DNA of 36,457 nt from Octopus bimaculoides (taxonomy: Eukaryota). A program made the position numbers and the translations under genes. The stretch is from assembly GCF_001194135.2 (NCBI RefSeq), contig NC_068984.1, forward strand, positions 136,534,727-136,571,183, given 5' to 3'. How positions within the stretch are numbered: position 1 is the first letter of the stretch; each line of letters starts with the position of its first letter. Below the pieces are notes generated by a model that was given only the letters and a program-made list of their open reading frames with translations, ran no database searches and was not told where the DNA came from. Shown here in pieces: positions 12,499-25,154 of the stretch.

Positions 12499-12544
<46 letters not shown>
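12326..12544 (+). mobile_element. 3' UTR of REL-type LINE family B with (AAT)n tail
   Basis: High similarity to 24935-25121 (TTGTCTCTTGAGGTCTC.GGGTGAGACTTGGA.CCAAC.TGTACAAAT). Confidence 0.8.
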
Positions 12545-12547
<3 letters not shown>

Positions 12548-13452
12548 TTTTTTCTTTTTTTGTTAGAAAAGTGAGAAAATACAAATATAACATGACACAT
12601 TACCACAAATTTGTACAAGAAATGTAAAACAGGTTGAATCTCCCCGATTATATCACTGGTACTTTCAGCGATCTTAAGTCCACAAAAGCAAACATGAACC
12701 CCACCATATAATCTGGTTTTCTATCATTTCTTCCACTCTGTGGCCCCTGAAGAGTAAAAGAATAAAGGTATATAAAAGCAATCCAGTTCACTATATCTAA
12801 GACTTGGATTCCGGTTTCTGAAATAAAGATCATATTTTTACCATATTTAATAGGAATATATTTAAATTTCGATTTTGTATTTGGCTTGCACGATTATTGA
12901 GGTGAACTCGTATGTTGAAGCATATTTTGTTGTACCCCGAGTGGGACATTATGACCATAATACACACATACTCTAGTCCTACTTCACTTGTTATTTTATT
13001 TTCTATTAGCCAAATGGTTAACCAGTTAACCAATTAACTAACTGATTGTTTGTTTAACGTTCAGCTAAAGAGCCGATCAACTAGGTTTATCAATGTCCTT
13101 TCGTCACCATTCGAAACCTCATCAATATTATGCTCACTCTATTCTAGCTCTGTTTCATGTCTGTCTGCCTTTCTGTCTCCTAAGAATCGATTACCAAATT
13201 GTTTAAATGTTAAACCATTTGATAAATACAAATATAGAAGTGAAACAGAACAAGTGCCCGCGATTATTATTGGCATAATGACCGTTCCGAGATGCAGCAA
13301 AATGTTTCGAGTTTATTGAGACAATTGATTTGAATAAAGATTTTGGATAGCACGTATATAGCTTAGTCTGTGATTTCCTTGCTTCTTCCAAGAAACACTG
13401 CAGGCACATGTGCGTGCGAACGTCTTGCCAATAAAAGTTATTCAAGACAGCA

Positions 13453-13499
13453 ACATTGATATAGGCGGGATTCTACGAGAATCACGCCTATATCAATGT
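13453..13499. other. Near-perfect 47-nt inverted repeat
   Basis: ACATTGATATAGGCG-G-GATTCT-ACG-AGAATC-A-CGCCTATATCAATGT: 15 + 6 paired bases, one mismatch, 3-nt loop. Confidence 0.9.
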
Positions 13500-14699
13500 A
13501 TAGAATTGCTTGAGAAAATAGAATGGCACGTGTATATAATGCCATTAAAACTAAACAACGGAAGATAACTGTCGTTAGCTTTCAATACAATACGAACTGT
13601 AAGAAAAGACGGCAAAAAATACTGATTAAATTTAGTTATTTAATTACAGTAAAATGTGGAGTTGTCAGATATGATTAAACACACAACGGTTTCGGAAAAG
13701 ACTGCTTACAGTGTGGAGGGAATTCTTAACATACACTATAATTAACATAGCTGGCAAGTGTACAGGTAATCTCCAAATGATCTGACTACGGATTCGTTTT
13801 CAGTTACAGCTTGTGAGGATTTCACATATGAAGCTTATGTCTCTAAGGAAAACATGAATGTCACAAATTCCCATTTTCCTTTCTTTTAAATGACAGGGTA
13901 TTTGCGACAAGTCCAAAATAAATCGATGACATTTATAATTTCTATGGTTTACGTGTGTTCTAAAGCAGAATTAAGCTGCTGCCGAATAATGTAAATAGTA
14001 GAATCTCCACAACCGAATTGTAGTCTGTGTTGACAATAAATATAAATGATTAAAAATTAGAATAAGTTGGTCTGTCATTAGGAATATTGGCAAATATGCT
14101 ACACTGGTACACGTTTTTCCAATTCCTCACAGCTGACTAATTTACTCTATTTTTCTATATTCTATATCTGTTTCATACCTGAAGTAGTTTCAACTTATTT
14201 ATCTTGAGGAAGGCATAACAGTTATTGAATCTCATTCCTTTGTCTCTTACGTTAAATAGAGAAGCTGTGACGAGTGAAAATTCAGTAAATAATGATAATA
14301 TTTATAAGCTTAAAGCTTATAAGCGAACGCTGTGTATTGTCTCTAGAAAATGGTCTCATATTGTGGCATATAAGCCCTCGACGGAAAAAAGTGGGTACAT
14401 TTTTTCTCCGTCGAGAGCTTGTATGCCTCAATATAAGATTCTTTTCTTTAGACAATACACGGTGATTTCTTATAAGGTTTAAGTTTATAACTATCATTAT
14501 TATTTACAGAAAGTTCTAAACATTGTTTTATAGCTATTGTTTTATAGCTATTGTTTTACTTATTGTATACTTTATTTGTTTGTTGGTTAAGACAGTTAAT
14601 ATCTCTTAAGTTTCCAACGATACTCAATTTACCTCTCATCAGCTACACTGAGAACGTATTATCTTTTATCTTTGGAGACAAACTTTTGCACCAACCTGT

Positions 14700-14719
14700 A
14701 TATATGTGTGTGTATATAT

Positions 14720-14753
<34 letters not shown>

Positions 14754-14928
14754 NNNNNNNNNNNNNNNNNNNNNNNNNNNNNNNNNNNNNNNNNNNNNNN
14801 NNNNNNNNNNNNNNNNNNNNNNNNNNNNNNNNNNNNNNNNNNNNNNNNNNNNNNNNNNNNNNNNNNNNNNNNNNNNNNNNNNNNNNNNNNNNNNNNNNNN
14901 NNNNNNNNNNNNNNNNNNNNNNNNNNNN

Positions 14929-14960
<32 letters not shown>

Positions 14961-14971
14961 TATATATATAA

Positions 14972-15007
<36 letters not shown>
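14700..15007. repeat. (TG)/(CA)/(TA) microsatellites around gap 14754-14928
   Basis: Read directly. Confidence 0.9.
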
Positions 15008-15008
<1 letters not shown>

Positions 15009-15165
15009 CTCTTTTACTTGTTTCAGTCATTTGACTGTGACCATGCTGGAGCAACGCATTTAGTCGAAGAAATCTACCCCAGGACTTATTCTTAGTAAGT
15101 CTAGTACTTATTCTATCGGTTTGTTTTGCCGAACCGCTATGTTACGGGGACGTAAACATACCAGC
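15008..15165 (-). mobile_element. S2 SINE 3' domain (truncated)
   Basis: Reverse complement of 2690-2856 (TTTTACTTGTTTCAGTCATTTGACTG.GGCCATGCTGGAGCA). Confidence 0.88.
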
Positions 15166-15956
15166 AAAGTTTCGTAGGCAAAGCTTCACCTAATGTAGGG
15201 ATATATAAGAGGGCAGTAACGTAAGGTGGATGAATATGACTTTCAGACATTACTACGGAAAGTAGATTAAAAACGTTGATGATTCATAATGGTCCGGTGT
15301 TGCTACGGCTGTTTATGTTGTTGTTGCTGTCGTTGTGGTTGTCGTTGTTGTTCGATCTATTTCAACCATGATCAAGTAGTCTCATTATCAAAAACTTCCT
15401 TTCATATATATACATCTTGCCATTTTTCCCAGGCATAATGTAGTCTTTTTCTCTAAACTAGTAGGCTGAGATTTGAGAAAGATTAAGCTGTTATTTCAAC
15501 CTGGTTAATCGACCACACGGGGACGTGCTCGTTGGCACGTTGCAGTTCGTGAAAAGATTTGCTTCATCTTCGTGTTTTTTGTATGGTTTTTCTTCTTTAT
15601 TTTAATTTTTATCTTTATTTTTTTTCTGTTCTAATCTGTATTTCACATCACTTTCAGCTTGCTACCCTTTTCGTCAAGGTCAGAGTTAAAAGGAAATCTG
15701 GAGGAGAAAGTATTAATATATATATTCGGTGTGACCGTTTTATGGAAGGCCATAAATATGTTAGCATAACTAAATAGACGTGATATTTATACGAATAGAG
15801 TATTGTAGGTTTTGGTGTGACCGATCGATTCTGCTAGAGAGAGGAGAACAAGTATTTCGATAAAGCTTCCATGACGTTTTCCTATTAATTTAAAGGCCAA
15901 CATGGCAAAATAGCTTTTCTATTATAAATATATGTCTAAGTATTTTTATGTCTTTC

Positions 15957-15959
<3 letters not shown>

Positions 15960-16033
<74 letters not shown>

Positions 16034-16860
16034 NNNNNNNNNNNNNNNNNNNNNNNNNNNNNNNNNNNNNNNNNNNNNNNNNNNNNNNNNNNNNNNNNNN
16101 NNNNNNNNNNNNNNNNNNNNNNNNNNNNNNNNNNNNNNNNNNNNNNNNNNNNNNNNNNNNNNNNNNNNNNNNNNNNNNNNNNNNNNNNNNNNNNNNNNNN
16201 NNNNNNNNNNNNNNNNNNNNNNNNNNNNNNNNNNNNNNNNNNNNNNNNNNNNNNNNNNNNNNNNNNNNNNNNNNNNNNNNNNNNNNNNNNNNNNNNNNNN
16301 NNNNNNNNNNNNNNNNNNNNNNNNNNNNNNNNNNNNNNNNNNNNNNNNNNNNNNNNNNNNNNNNNNNNNNNNNNNNNNNNNNNNNNNNNNNNNNNNNNNN
16401 NNNNNNNNNNNNNNNNNNNNNNNNNNNNNNNNNNNNNNNNNNNNNNNNNNNNNNNNNNNNNNNNNNNNNNNNNNNNNNNNNNNNNNNNNNNNNNNNNNNN
16501 NNNNNNNNNNNNNNNNNNNNNNNNNNNNNNNNNNNNNNNNNNNNNNNNNNNNNNNNNNNNNNNNNNNNNNNNNNNNNNNNNNNNNNNNNNNNNNNNNNNN
16601 NNNNNNNNNNNNNNNNNTATATATATATATATATACACATGGAGACAGAGACAAGCAGACAGAGGAAGTGAAGAGGGGCAAGAGATAATTAAGAGAAAAG
16701 TGTAAGGGCGATGGAAAAACAGAGAAGAGAGAAGAGAAGTAGAGTTTCGGAAGTGTCATCAGACTAGAGCGACTGTAGATTCTAGAACGGAGTGGAATAT
16801 AAACAAAGTTTGATCCGAAAGAGAGGAAGGAAGAATAGGCGAAAAGTTTATCTGACGAAG
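15960..16860. repeat. (TA)n(TG)n, gap 16034-16617, then a purine-rich low-complexity tract
   Basis: Read directly. Confidence 0.85.
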
Positions 16861-17074
16861 TTTGTATTATGACGATGTTTATTCGCATTGAAACCAATTT
16901 TCTAAACAAAACAGATCTCATTGACGCGTAAGAACAAAGATGGCTTTGGTGATAATTTAGATGAAGTCATTTTCATGGTCAAATACAGTATATTATTCCT
17001 GTTTTACAGATGATAATTATTCTCAGGGAATCGATTGCCATGTCTCCTCATATTTAGATAGACGTTTATAATTA

Positions 17075-17090
17075 TATATAAGTATGTATA

Positions 17091-17126
<36 letters not shown>

Positions 17127-17382
17127 TATGTATATAATTATATATACATTNNNNNNNNNNNNNNNNNNNNNNNNNNNNNNNNNNNNNNNNNNNNNNNNNN
17201 NNNNNNNNNNNNNNNNNNNNNNNNNNNNNNNNNNNNNNNNNNNNNNNNNNNNNNNNNNNNNNNNNNNNNNNNNNNNNNNNNNNNNNNNNNNNNNNNNNNN
17301 NNNNNNNNNNNNNNNNNNNNNNNNNNNNNNNNNNNNNNNNNNTATATATATATATATTAATGAATGAGTGTGTGTATGTATT

Positions 17383-17417
<35 letters not shown>

Positions 17418-17445
17418 ATGTACGTATGTATGTATGTACGTGCAT
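17075..17445. repeat. (TA)n/(TG)n/(TATG)n around gap 17151-17342
   Basis: Read directly. Confidence 0.9.
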
Positions 17446-18327
17446 GTAAATATCGTCCTAAAAGTGCAGAAGCGTATCACACTCGGTCAGTGACGACTAT
17501 TTTATTTCTCTTGTATCTGCTCCCGTTATATTTACTTCATTCAAAATATTCGTATCTAAATACAATCTCATTGTATTTATTTATTTTTCCTTATATATCC
17601 GCACGTCTGTTTGCATACATCTTTGTATGTGCTGTTATATATGCTTAGGTGTGTGAATATTGCGTATAATTCGTATCTATATATGTATGCGTATGAAGTG
17701 TTTGGTTCTACGAATGCAGGCTGTAACATGTTCTGTTAATTTCATATTTTACTGTTTAATTATGGAATACATTATTACTCAAATTTCATTGCAAAAATAT
17801 ATTAACATAAATATATATACACATATACACAGATATATTTATACACATTCGTATAAATATATGCTTGTAGGTACACAGATATGTATTAATATGAGGACTT
17901 TTTAGTAATAAAATGTATTTATTCATAGAGAACTTGGTATTGAAATATAATCAACAAATTCATCTTCCGAGTATGGAGTCAGTAAGCAGTAATCCATTAC
18001 ACTACAACAGTTTCTCTGCATTAGTACTAGCCATTAATTACTGATTGCTCTAAAAGCCACTCACCTGATGACGTGCAGGTACTCATCTATTACTGGATCT
18101 TATGTTTATAATTATATGTATAGTATATGAAACACAGCTGATGCCAATGCACAGGGGTCATTTTGATTAGAACCAGCTCATTCCATCATCTTGTATAATA
18201 TTTTATTCTATAAATTCTACTCACACAACCGGACTTCCATATATATATCCAGTAGAAGAATTCCTGCTGTTTCATAGTGTATGGTAGAAGAGCTTTGCAA
18301 AGCACGCTATAAGGTTACTTACCAGGT

Positions 18328-18329
<2 letters not shown>

Positions 18330-18372
<43 letters not shown>

Positions 18373-18457
18373 NNNNNNNNNNNNNNNNNNNNNNNNNNNN
18401 NNNNNNNNNNNNNNNNNNNNNNNNNNNNNNNNNNNNNNNNNNNNNNNNNNNNNNNNN
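18330..18457. repeat. (TA)n plus gap 18373-18457
   Basis: Read directly. Confidence 0.9.
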
Positions 18458-18691
18458 TTTTAATTAATTTACATGTTTCGGTTTTTTTGAAAAACCTTAT
18501 CAAAAATGAATATAAAATATGTGAGAAGAGAAAAGGGCTATTGATAAAATAAAATTGAAATTAAAATTAAGAATGACATTCATAGTTTACTGTTATTTCT
18601 TGCATGCGCCGTGATCCTTTCCTTGAACATGGTAATTCCAACTCGTTCTTTTAGTAGATTACTACTATCTGTTTTAGTAAAGTGAGAAAGT

Positions 18692-18727
18692 CTTTTACGT
18701 TTCGAGCCTACGCTCTTCGACAGAAAG
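18692..18727 (-). ncRNA. Minimal hammerhead-like motif, variant core (probable Penelope-like end)
   Basis: Minus strand: CUUU-CUGUCGA-A-GAGC GUAG GCUC-GAA-ACGU-A-AAAG. Stems I and II pair and stem III is palindromic, but core position 6 is U instead of the conserved A. Confidence 0.5.
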
Positions 18728-19275
18728 GATCACAGAAATAAACAGGGAGAGAAAATTAAAAAAAGGTTTAGTGGCTAGCGATCTATCATGACGAATGCCG
18801 GACAGAGGGGTCACACAGGAGAGCTAGGAAGAAGGTGAGATAATAAAGTAATGGTGATCCCAAAACGAAGGTGCGCGTGCGTGTATGTGCGTGTGGATGG
18901 GGCTGGTAACCTTGACGTGTGCGTGTGTGCATGTATACACACGCTAATATCCAAGATGGAGGCGCTTACCAACTTTCAGGAAACCAACGAGAGCTTTATT
19001 AACCCGGAAAAATACATGTATATATCTGCACACTCAGACGCACATACACACACATACACACATACAGACACATGCACACACACACATATTTACTCAGCCA
19101 TGGTCATTGATGGAGCCTCTGTCGTGTGATGAGACGACCACACGCTACACATTTTACTTCTAATCACTGCTACAGAAATCGAAAGGGAACGAAAACGTTA
19201 TATCTTAGTGTGCATGCGCGACAGAATTCAAGGTCAGTCCGTGCCAATTGGCTTCACTCTGCGTGCTTTAGTTCT

Positions 19276-19289
19276 GTTACCATAGCAAC
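19276..19289. promoter_or_regulatory. RFX X-box
   Basis: GTTACCATAGCAAC fits the strict GTTRCCATRGYAAC consensus and lies within the near-palindrome CTGTTACCATAGCAACAG. Confidence 0.5.
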
Positions 19290-20721
19290 AGTCCCAATAT
19301 TTTGTGATGAAGTCTCATATCCATTCAAGAACACAAAACCTCTGAAATCTACTTAAACAGCCATTATTTGAATGTTAAACTTTTCGTCGCATCCATTGCC
19401 ACCTGGTCACTCACACAGATCCACCATTAATTTTACATTTACAGCTGCTTAAATTTACAACTCAAGTATTCTCTAGATACATATTTACATCAAGATTGCC
19501 CGATTCATTAACGTTTTTTTCCTATTTTAAATCCAACTATTATAGTTCTGTTGTATGGAATGTGCCTTGGAGCAGAAAATATGTAATGTCTGCAGTTCAA
19601 TTTCAGTTTTATTCCTCGTTGAAGTTGTTTCACTTTTCTGGTCGCATTAATTCTTTGCAGAAAATCATGAACGCTACACTTCCCATTGTCTCATTGTGTT
19701 CTTATCCTCATATACAACGCTTACTGTGACTAGTCGCAGAGAAACCAATATTGACTCGATTGAAAATGGTACTTTTAGTGTTCTGGCATGTTTATGATTT
19801 TAGAATTTAAATTAAGCGAGTAAATATCTTGATTTAACTCACAAATTGGATGTAATAATTATTTGCTGCACGCTTGATTGTGTAAAATAATATTTATATT
19901 TTCAGGCGTCTTTAATCTTAGACTTATTTATCAGGCGAAGGAAATGGAATTAACTGACCCCAATCGTTACCATTTATTCCATTTTGAGTGGGAGTTTTCA
20001 GTTCTGCAGCAGTAAATCAAAATTTTCGCTGCTCACCATCTTCGATATTAGCTTGAAAGTGTAAAGTTAACGCATTTTCCAAGGGAATTATTATTCTTTA
20101 TATTTTTCCATATCCAGCAGCATTATCGAATGAGCTATTGATTTCCTTTTGCGTAGGAACAAAGCTGTATCATTTGGAAAATGACTGGAATATGGTAAAT
20201 TCTAAAGTTCAAACATTTCTTGACAGTATAAGTAATGTAAATGGAAGTCATCAACCTCCATTATCAGAAAATCTCCTCTGCTCTCTAACTTAACTCTTGC
20301 TCTACCGCACTTGCTTGTTATAACTCATTTGATTGTAAAGCCACTGTCATGTCAATGTTTGGATTCACTCTCTACATGTCCATCACAATAATAAGTATTA
20401 TTTTCCTTGAAAAAAGAGCGTTGCTAGTCTATTCATGCATTGTAATAAAGAAATATAATAAAATAGTGAAGACAGAGAACGTCTTAAAATGCGAAAAGGG
20501 AAACGTTTCCTTACCTTTATATATTTCTGGTGCAAAGTCCATCAGAAGTTAAACAGTAACCACAGACATGGCTGGTACTAAATAAATTAACACTGCTTGG
20601 CCATTTACCTCTGGCAATGGGCCTTTGTGCTTGAAATATATAAAGGTAAATTAAATGTTTTTCTTTCTTTTTTTGCATTGTAAGAATATCTCTGCCTTCA
20701 GTATTTTGATAATTTACTTCT

Positions 20722-20952
20722 TATTTCTTTACTGCCCACAAGAGGCTACACACAGAGGGGACAAACAAGGACAGACAAACGGATTAAGTCGATTACATCG
20801 ACCCCAGTGCGTAACTGGTACTTAATTTATCGACCCCGAAAGGATGAAATGCAAAATCGACCTCGGTGAAATTTGAACTCAGAACGTAACGGCAGACGAA
20901 ATACCGCTAAGCATTTCGCCCGGCGTGCTAACGATTCTGCCAACTCACCCCC
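20722..20952 (-). mobile_element. Full-length S1 SINE with TSD of about 16-17 bp
   Basis: TTTGATAATTTACTTC (20705-20720) and TTTGATATTTTACTTC (20953-20968). A-box-like TGGCAGAATCG and B-box GAGTTCAAATT on the minus strand. Confidence 0.92.
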
Positions 20953-20974
20953 TTTGATATTTTACTTCTGTTTC

Positions 20975-22475
20975 TAGGATGGGCAGAAAATTCCATAGAC
21001 TGACTATGAAAGAATGACGCTAGAGATGTGAAATCTTGCATGGATTAACTTCAATCATTTTTTTTGTTTTTATTAATAACTGCATTGTTTATTTTCTGAT
21101 AATCTCACATCTGACTGTTCAACGCAGACTTCAAAAGTAACTAGTAGCGACTTGTTTTGAAAATGGATAAAATTTAGCATCAAGTACCTGCAGGAAAAAG
21201 TATTTAGCTCCCAAAGACATTCATGTTGACATGGTTGCTAAATTAGGGGACAACGCTCCAGCTTTCTCAACAATGCAGAAGTGGGCAGTTGAATTTAGGA
21301 GGGGAAGGACGAGACGTGAAGATGACCTAAGATTTTGACGTCCTGCAGCTGCCACCAACGAGGAAATAATTCATTGTCTTCACCACATGGTGATAGATAA
21401 CAGGTGATTGAATATAAATGAAATTACCAAAACTATTAGCATATCTCGTGAGAGATTTGAGAATATTCTTCACAAGGAACTTAGCATGACGAAGGTCTCT
21501 TCTCGGTGAGTGCCACGTCTTCTGACACCTAATCAAAAGTACACCAGGCTGAACATATCACGAGAAATTCTGACACCATCTGAGGCAAATCTAACTCATT
21601 TCCTTGAAAGTTTCCTAAATCAGGATGAGTGTTGGATTCATCATTTTGAACGAGAGATAAAGTGATAATCCATGCAGTGGTAACACCCCATCTTACCTGC
21701 TCCAAAGAAGGCATAGATCATTTCAACTGCAGGAAAATGATAGCCTCATTTTTTGGGGATGCAAAAGGGATTGCGTTTACTGACACTGACTTCATAGGGC
21801 TACACCATCAATGAAGAGTACTATATCAAGTTTCTGAGGCAATTTTGAAAGGCCATAAAGACTACACGCCCAAGAAAACTGACGAAAAGGATCTTGTTTC
21901 ATCAGGGCACTGCTCCAGTACACAAGTCCTTGGATTCAATGGCTGCTGTGCGTGACTAGGGCTTTGTACTGGCTGATCATCAACCCTATTCTCCAACCAG
22001 CATCTGTTCCCTAACATGAAACAAACACTTGACTGGCACCAGTATCGCAGTGATTATGACGTCATATCTGCTATAGTTGACATTTTTAACCTTTTCGCAT
22101 TTAAACCGGCCATATTTGGCCAAAATATTCGACCTGTTTTATGCTCAAACTGGCCAAATATGGTCTCTTGCACCTAATGTACGATGTCATTCTAACAATA
22201 AACAATCACACTATTGAAATCTGAAAGCTATGAGATAATGCAAGATTAATTCAAAGGAATGTGAATAAGCAAGCATTACATTTAACAGAGTAATCTGAAT
22301 GCTAAAGGGTTAACCAACAAGATGAATGCGCCTTCGCCAATGGAATCGAAGCACTGCTACACTGATGGAAGAAATGTATGAACCACAAAGGGGACTCTGT
22401 TGAAAAATAAACTTCATCAGGTCACATTCAATCAGAGTATCTTCGTCGGTCTAGGAACATTTCAGCCAACCTTCA
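20975..22475 (+). mobile_element. Degenerate full-length mariner (irritans/Himar-like) transposon
   Basis: Transposase motifs with stops and frameshifts: QKWAVEFRRG, *VPRLLTP (WVPR), NQDECWIHH, STAGK, HQPYSP, NGIEALLH*WKKC..KGDSVEK*. Degenerate TIRs match at 19/27 positions; length is about 1.28 kb without the MITE. Confidence 0.93.
22090..22309. mobile_element. TTAA-flanked MITE (piggyBac-like) inside the mariner
   Basis: TTAA at 22086-22089 and 22310-22313; ends CCTTTTCGCATT / AATGCTAAAGGG. Removing it restores the mariner reading into NQQDE. Confidence 0.88.
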
Positions 22476-22481
22476 CAATTT

Positions 22482-22753
22482 CCGTGTGTAAAAAAAAAAA
22501 AGAAATGTTTCATTCTCGAGCCTTGCCAGGCTCATAAGGGACGGTTTCTCAGTTTCAATGGCGTAGAAATTCCTCACCTGAACAGGACGCCGATCTGCCG
22601 CAGGGTTACACACATTTTTGCCAGCTGAATGGACTGGAGTAACGGGAAATGAAGTGTTTTGCTCAGGAACACAACGCATCGCCTGGACCAGGAATCGAAA
22701 CTACAGTCTTACGATCATGAGTCCAATACCCTGACCACTAAGTTACGCGCCTC
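22482..22753 (-). mobile_element. tRNA-derived SINE (head H', body B2, tail T2)
   Basis: Head GGAGGCGCGTAACTTAGTGG and B-box-like GTTTCGATTCC. Tail matches 30100-30150; possible 8-bp TSD CACAATTT (22474-22481, 22754-22761). Confidence 0.85.
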
Positions 22754-23029
22754 CACAATTTATTTGTGTGCATTCATTTAATTCCATCCAGTATAACCCT
22801 TTAAGAATAAGTCAGTTGTAATTTCAATATAATTTGAGATCTGAGACATTATCTATTTGCAGAGCTCCTGCATGCTTGATTCAAATACACAGCCATTAGA
22901 TCTTACAAACGTCGTGGGGCCTCACCATTACGAGCGATGTCTTAGATGGAGTGGCTTCTATTACTCCAACGATGTCCATCTGAGGATAACCTGTATGCAT
23001 ATACATATATATGTATTAACATATACATG

Positions 23030-23414
23030 CATACATGGAAACATACATACATACATACATACATACATGTGTATGCATGTATATGTATGTATGTATATGT
23101 ATGTATATGTATGTATGTATATGTATGTATGTTTATGTATGTGTATGCATGTATGCATTATTCAGTTTATTCCAGATGTCTTGCCAATAGAGAAAGAACG
23201 TTTTCTTACCTAGATCCAAGGTTCCTGTATTCGAATTTCAGCATCAACAACATAGTATTGTTGTTTGTGTTTACGTACGCACGTATGTATGTATGTATGT
23301 ATGTATGTATGTGTGTATGTATGTATGTATGTATGTATGAATGAATGTGCGTGCACATTCAATTGTTTTATGTACGTATTCTCATGGGTATAGTTACATA
23401 TCTAGACATATGCA

Positions 23415-23465
<51 letters not shown>

Positions 23466-23500
23466 GAATGTGTGTATATATGTATATACATACATGCACA
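23030..23500. repeat. (TATG)n/(CATA)n/(TA)n microsatellite cluster
   Basis: Read directly. Confidence 0.9.
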
Positions 23501-23854
23501 GACAATGTAGATGTTTCTGTGAATATATATGTATGTATTTATATAAAGTTCGCCAAAGATGGAGCCGCTGTAATCGCATATATTACCACCCTCTATTTTA
23601 TAAAGTTGGCTTTGCTACGATACAAAACCATAATTCAACACTCCATTCTCTTTACTGACAATTCACTTTAACTTGTGCTAATACCTCCCATGTACACACT
23701 TCAGCTAACGTATTATTCAAACTATTGTGCCAATAACTCACTCATATAGTATTGTGTCACTAGTCTGAAGGCAACAGTAATATTAAAATAACAAGACAAA
23801 TAGCTTGTCAGACTCTGTTATGAGTCACCACTTTATGGCGATATGAGGTACATT

Positions 23855-23982
<128 letters not shown>

Positions 23983-23984
23983 TC

Positions 23985-24248
23985 TTTTATTCTTTTATTT
24001 GTTTCAGTCATTTGAATGCGGTCATGCTGGAGCACTGCCTTTAATGGAGCAAATCGATCCCAAGATTTATTCTTTGTAAGCCTAATACTTATTCTATCGG
24101 TCTCTCTTAGCGAACACCACTAAGTTACAGGGACGTAAACACACCAGCATCGGTTGTCAAGTGATGTTGGGGGAGACAAATACAGACACACAAACACATA
24201 TATACGCAAACACACACATAAACACACATACATATATATATATATATA
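23985..24248 (-). mobile_element. S2 SINE 3' domain running into a microsatellite and gap 24249-24761
   Basis: Reverse complement of 2640-2856. Confidence 0.88.
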
Positions 24249-24774
24249 NNNNNNNNNNNNNNNNNNNNNNNNNNNNNNNNNNNNNNNNNNNNNNNNNNNN
24301 NNNNNNNNNNNNNNNNNNNNNNNNNNNNNNNNNNNNNNNNNNNNNNNNNNNNNNNNNNNNNNNNNNNNNNNNNNNNNNNNNNNNNNNNNNNNNNNNNNNN
24401 NNNNNNNNNNNNNNNNNNNNNNNNNNNNNNNNNNNNNNNNNNNNNNNNNNNNNNNNNNNNNNNNNNNNNNNNNNNNNNNNNNNNNNNNNNNNNNNNNNNN
24501 NNNNNNNNNNNNNNNNNNNNNNNNNNNNNNNNNNNNNNNNNNNNNNNNNNNNNNNNNNNNNNNNNNNNNNNNNNNNNNNNNNNNNNNNNNNNNNNNNNNN
24601 NNNNNNNNNNNNNNNNNNNNNNNNNNNNNNNNNNNNNNNNNNNNNNNNNNNNNNNNNNNNNNNNNNNNNNNNNNNNNNNNNNNNNNNNNNNNNNNNNNNN
24701 NNNNNNNNNNNNNNNNNNNNNNNNNNNNNNNNNNNNNNNNNNNNNNNNNNNNNNNNNNNNNATAATAATAATAA

Positions 24775-25121
24775 TTTAGGTGCCCTGGGAATGACAGCGA
24801 AACGGGCTGATTACTACCTAGCTCAGATACCAGGAAACCCCAAAATGGCTGAAGTCCAAAAGATAGTGCTCATGGGAACTGCCCATATCCTACGTAAAAT
24901 ACTGTCTATGTGATCTCAAATTTTAAAGCAAACATAATTTTCTTATGGTTTCTTAAACATTCACTTGAACAAAACTGTACAAATCCAAATATATGGTACC
25001 CTAGGCATAACACCTACATGAACTTCTAACTTGTTGTCTCTTGAGGTCTCTGGGTGAGACTTGGATCCAACTTGTACAAATGCAAAACAAAAGTCAAACA
25101 TAAAATAATAATAATAATAAC
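24775..25121 (+). mobile_element. 5'-truncated REL-endonuclease (R4/Dong-like) LINE family B
   Basis: LGALGMTAKRADYYLAQIPGNPKMAEVQKIVLMGTAHILRKILSM* (stop at 24913), a 3' UTR, and (AAT)n on both sides. Confidence 0.82.
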
Positions 25122-25154
25122 AATAAAGACGAAGAAATAGAAGAGGAGAAGGAG

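Noticed and set aside
13140-13310. Minus-strand frame resembling a transmembrane segment plus tail (ILLHLGTVIMPIIIAG...)
   Set aside because: Preceded by a stop with no AG acceptor before the hydrophobic stretch, and no homology recognised.
14302-14322. 21-bp palindrome TTATAAGCTT-A-AAGCTTATAA
   Set aside because: AT-rich, single-base spacer and no context; plausibly a chance event or small duplication.
16745-16765. CUGAUGA...GAAAC hammerhead-like order on the minus strand
   Set aside because: The 7-nt spacer CACUUCC cannot form stem II, and there is no stem I or GUH.
18062-18135. CTGATGA followed distantly by GAAAC
   Set aside because: No convincing stem II or III pairing.
20057-20293. 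Stop-free plus-strand frame of about 79 codons with internal acceptor (20117) and donor (20195)
   Set aside because: The length is within chance expectation for six frames of this window, there is no recognisable homology, and its phase is incompatible with the nearby candidate exon at 19906.
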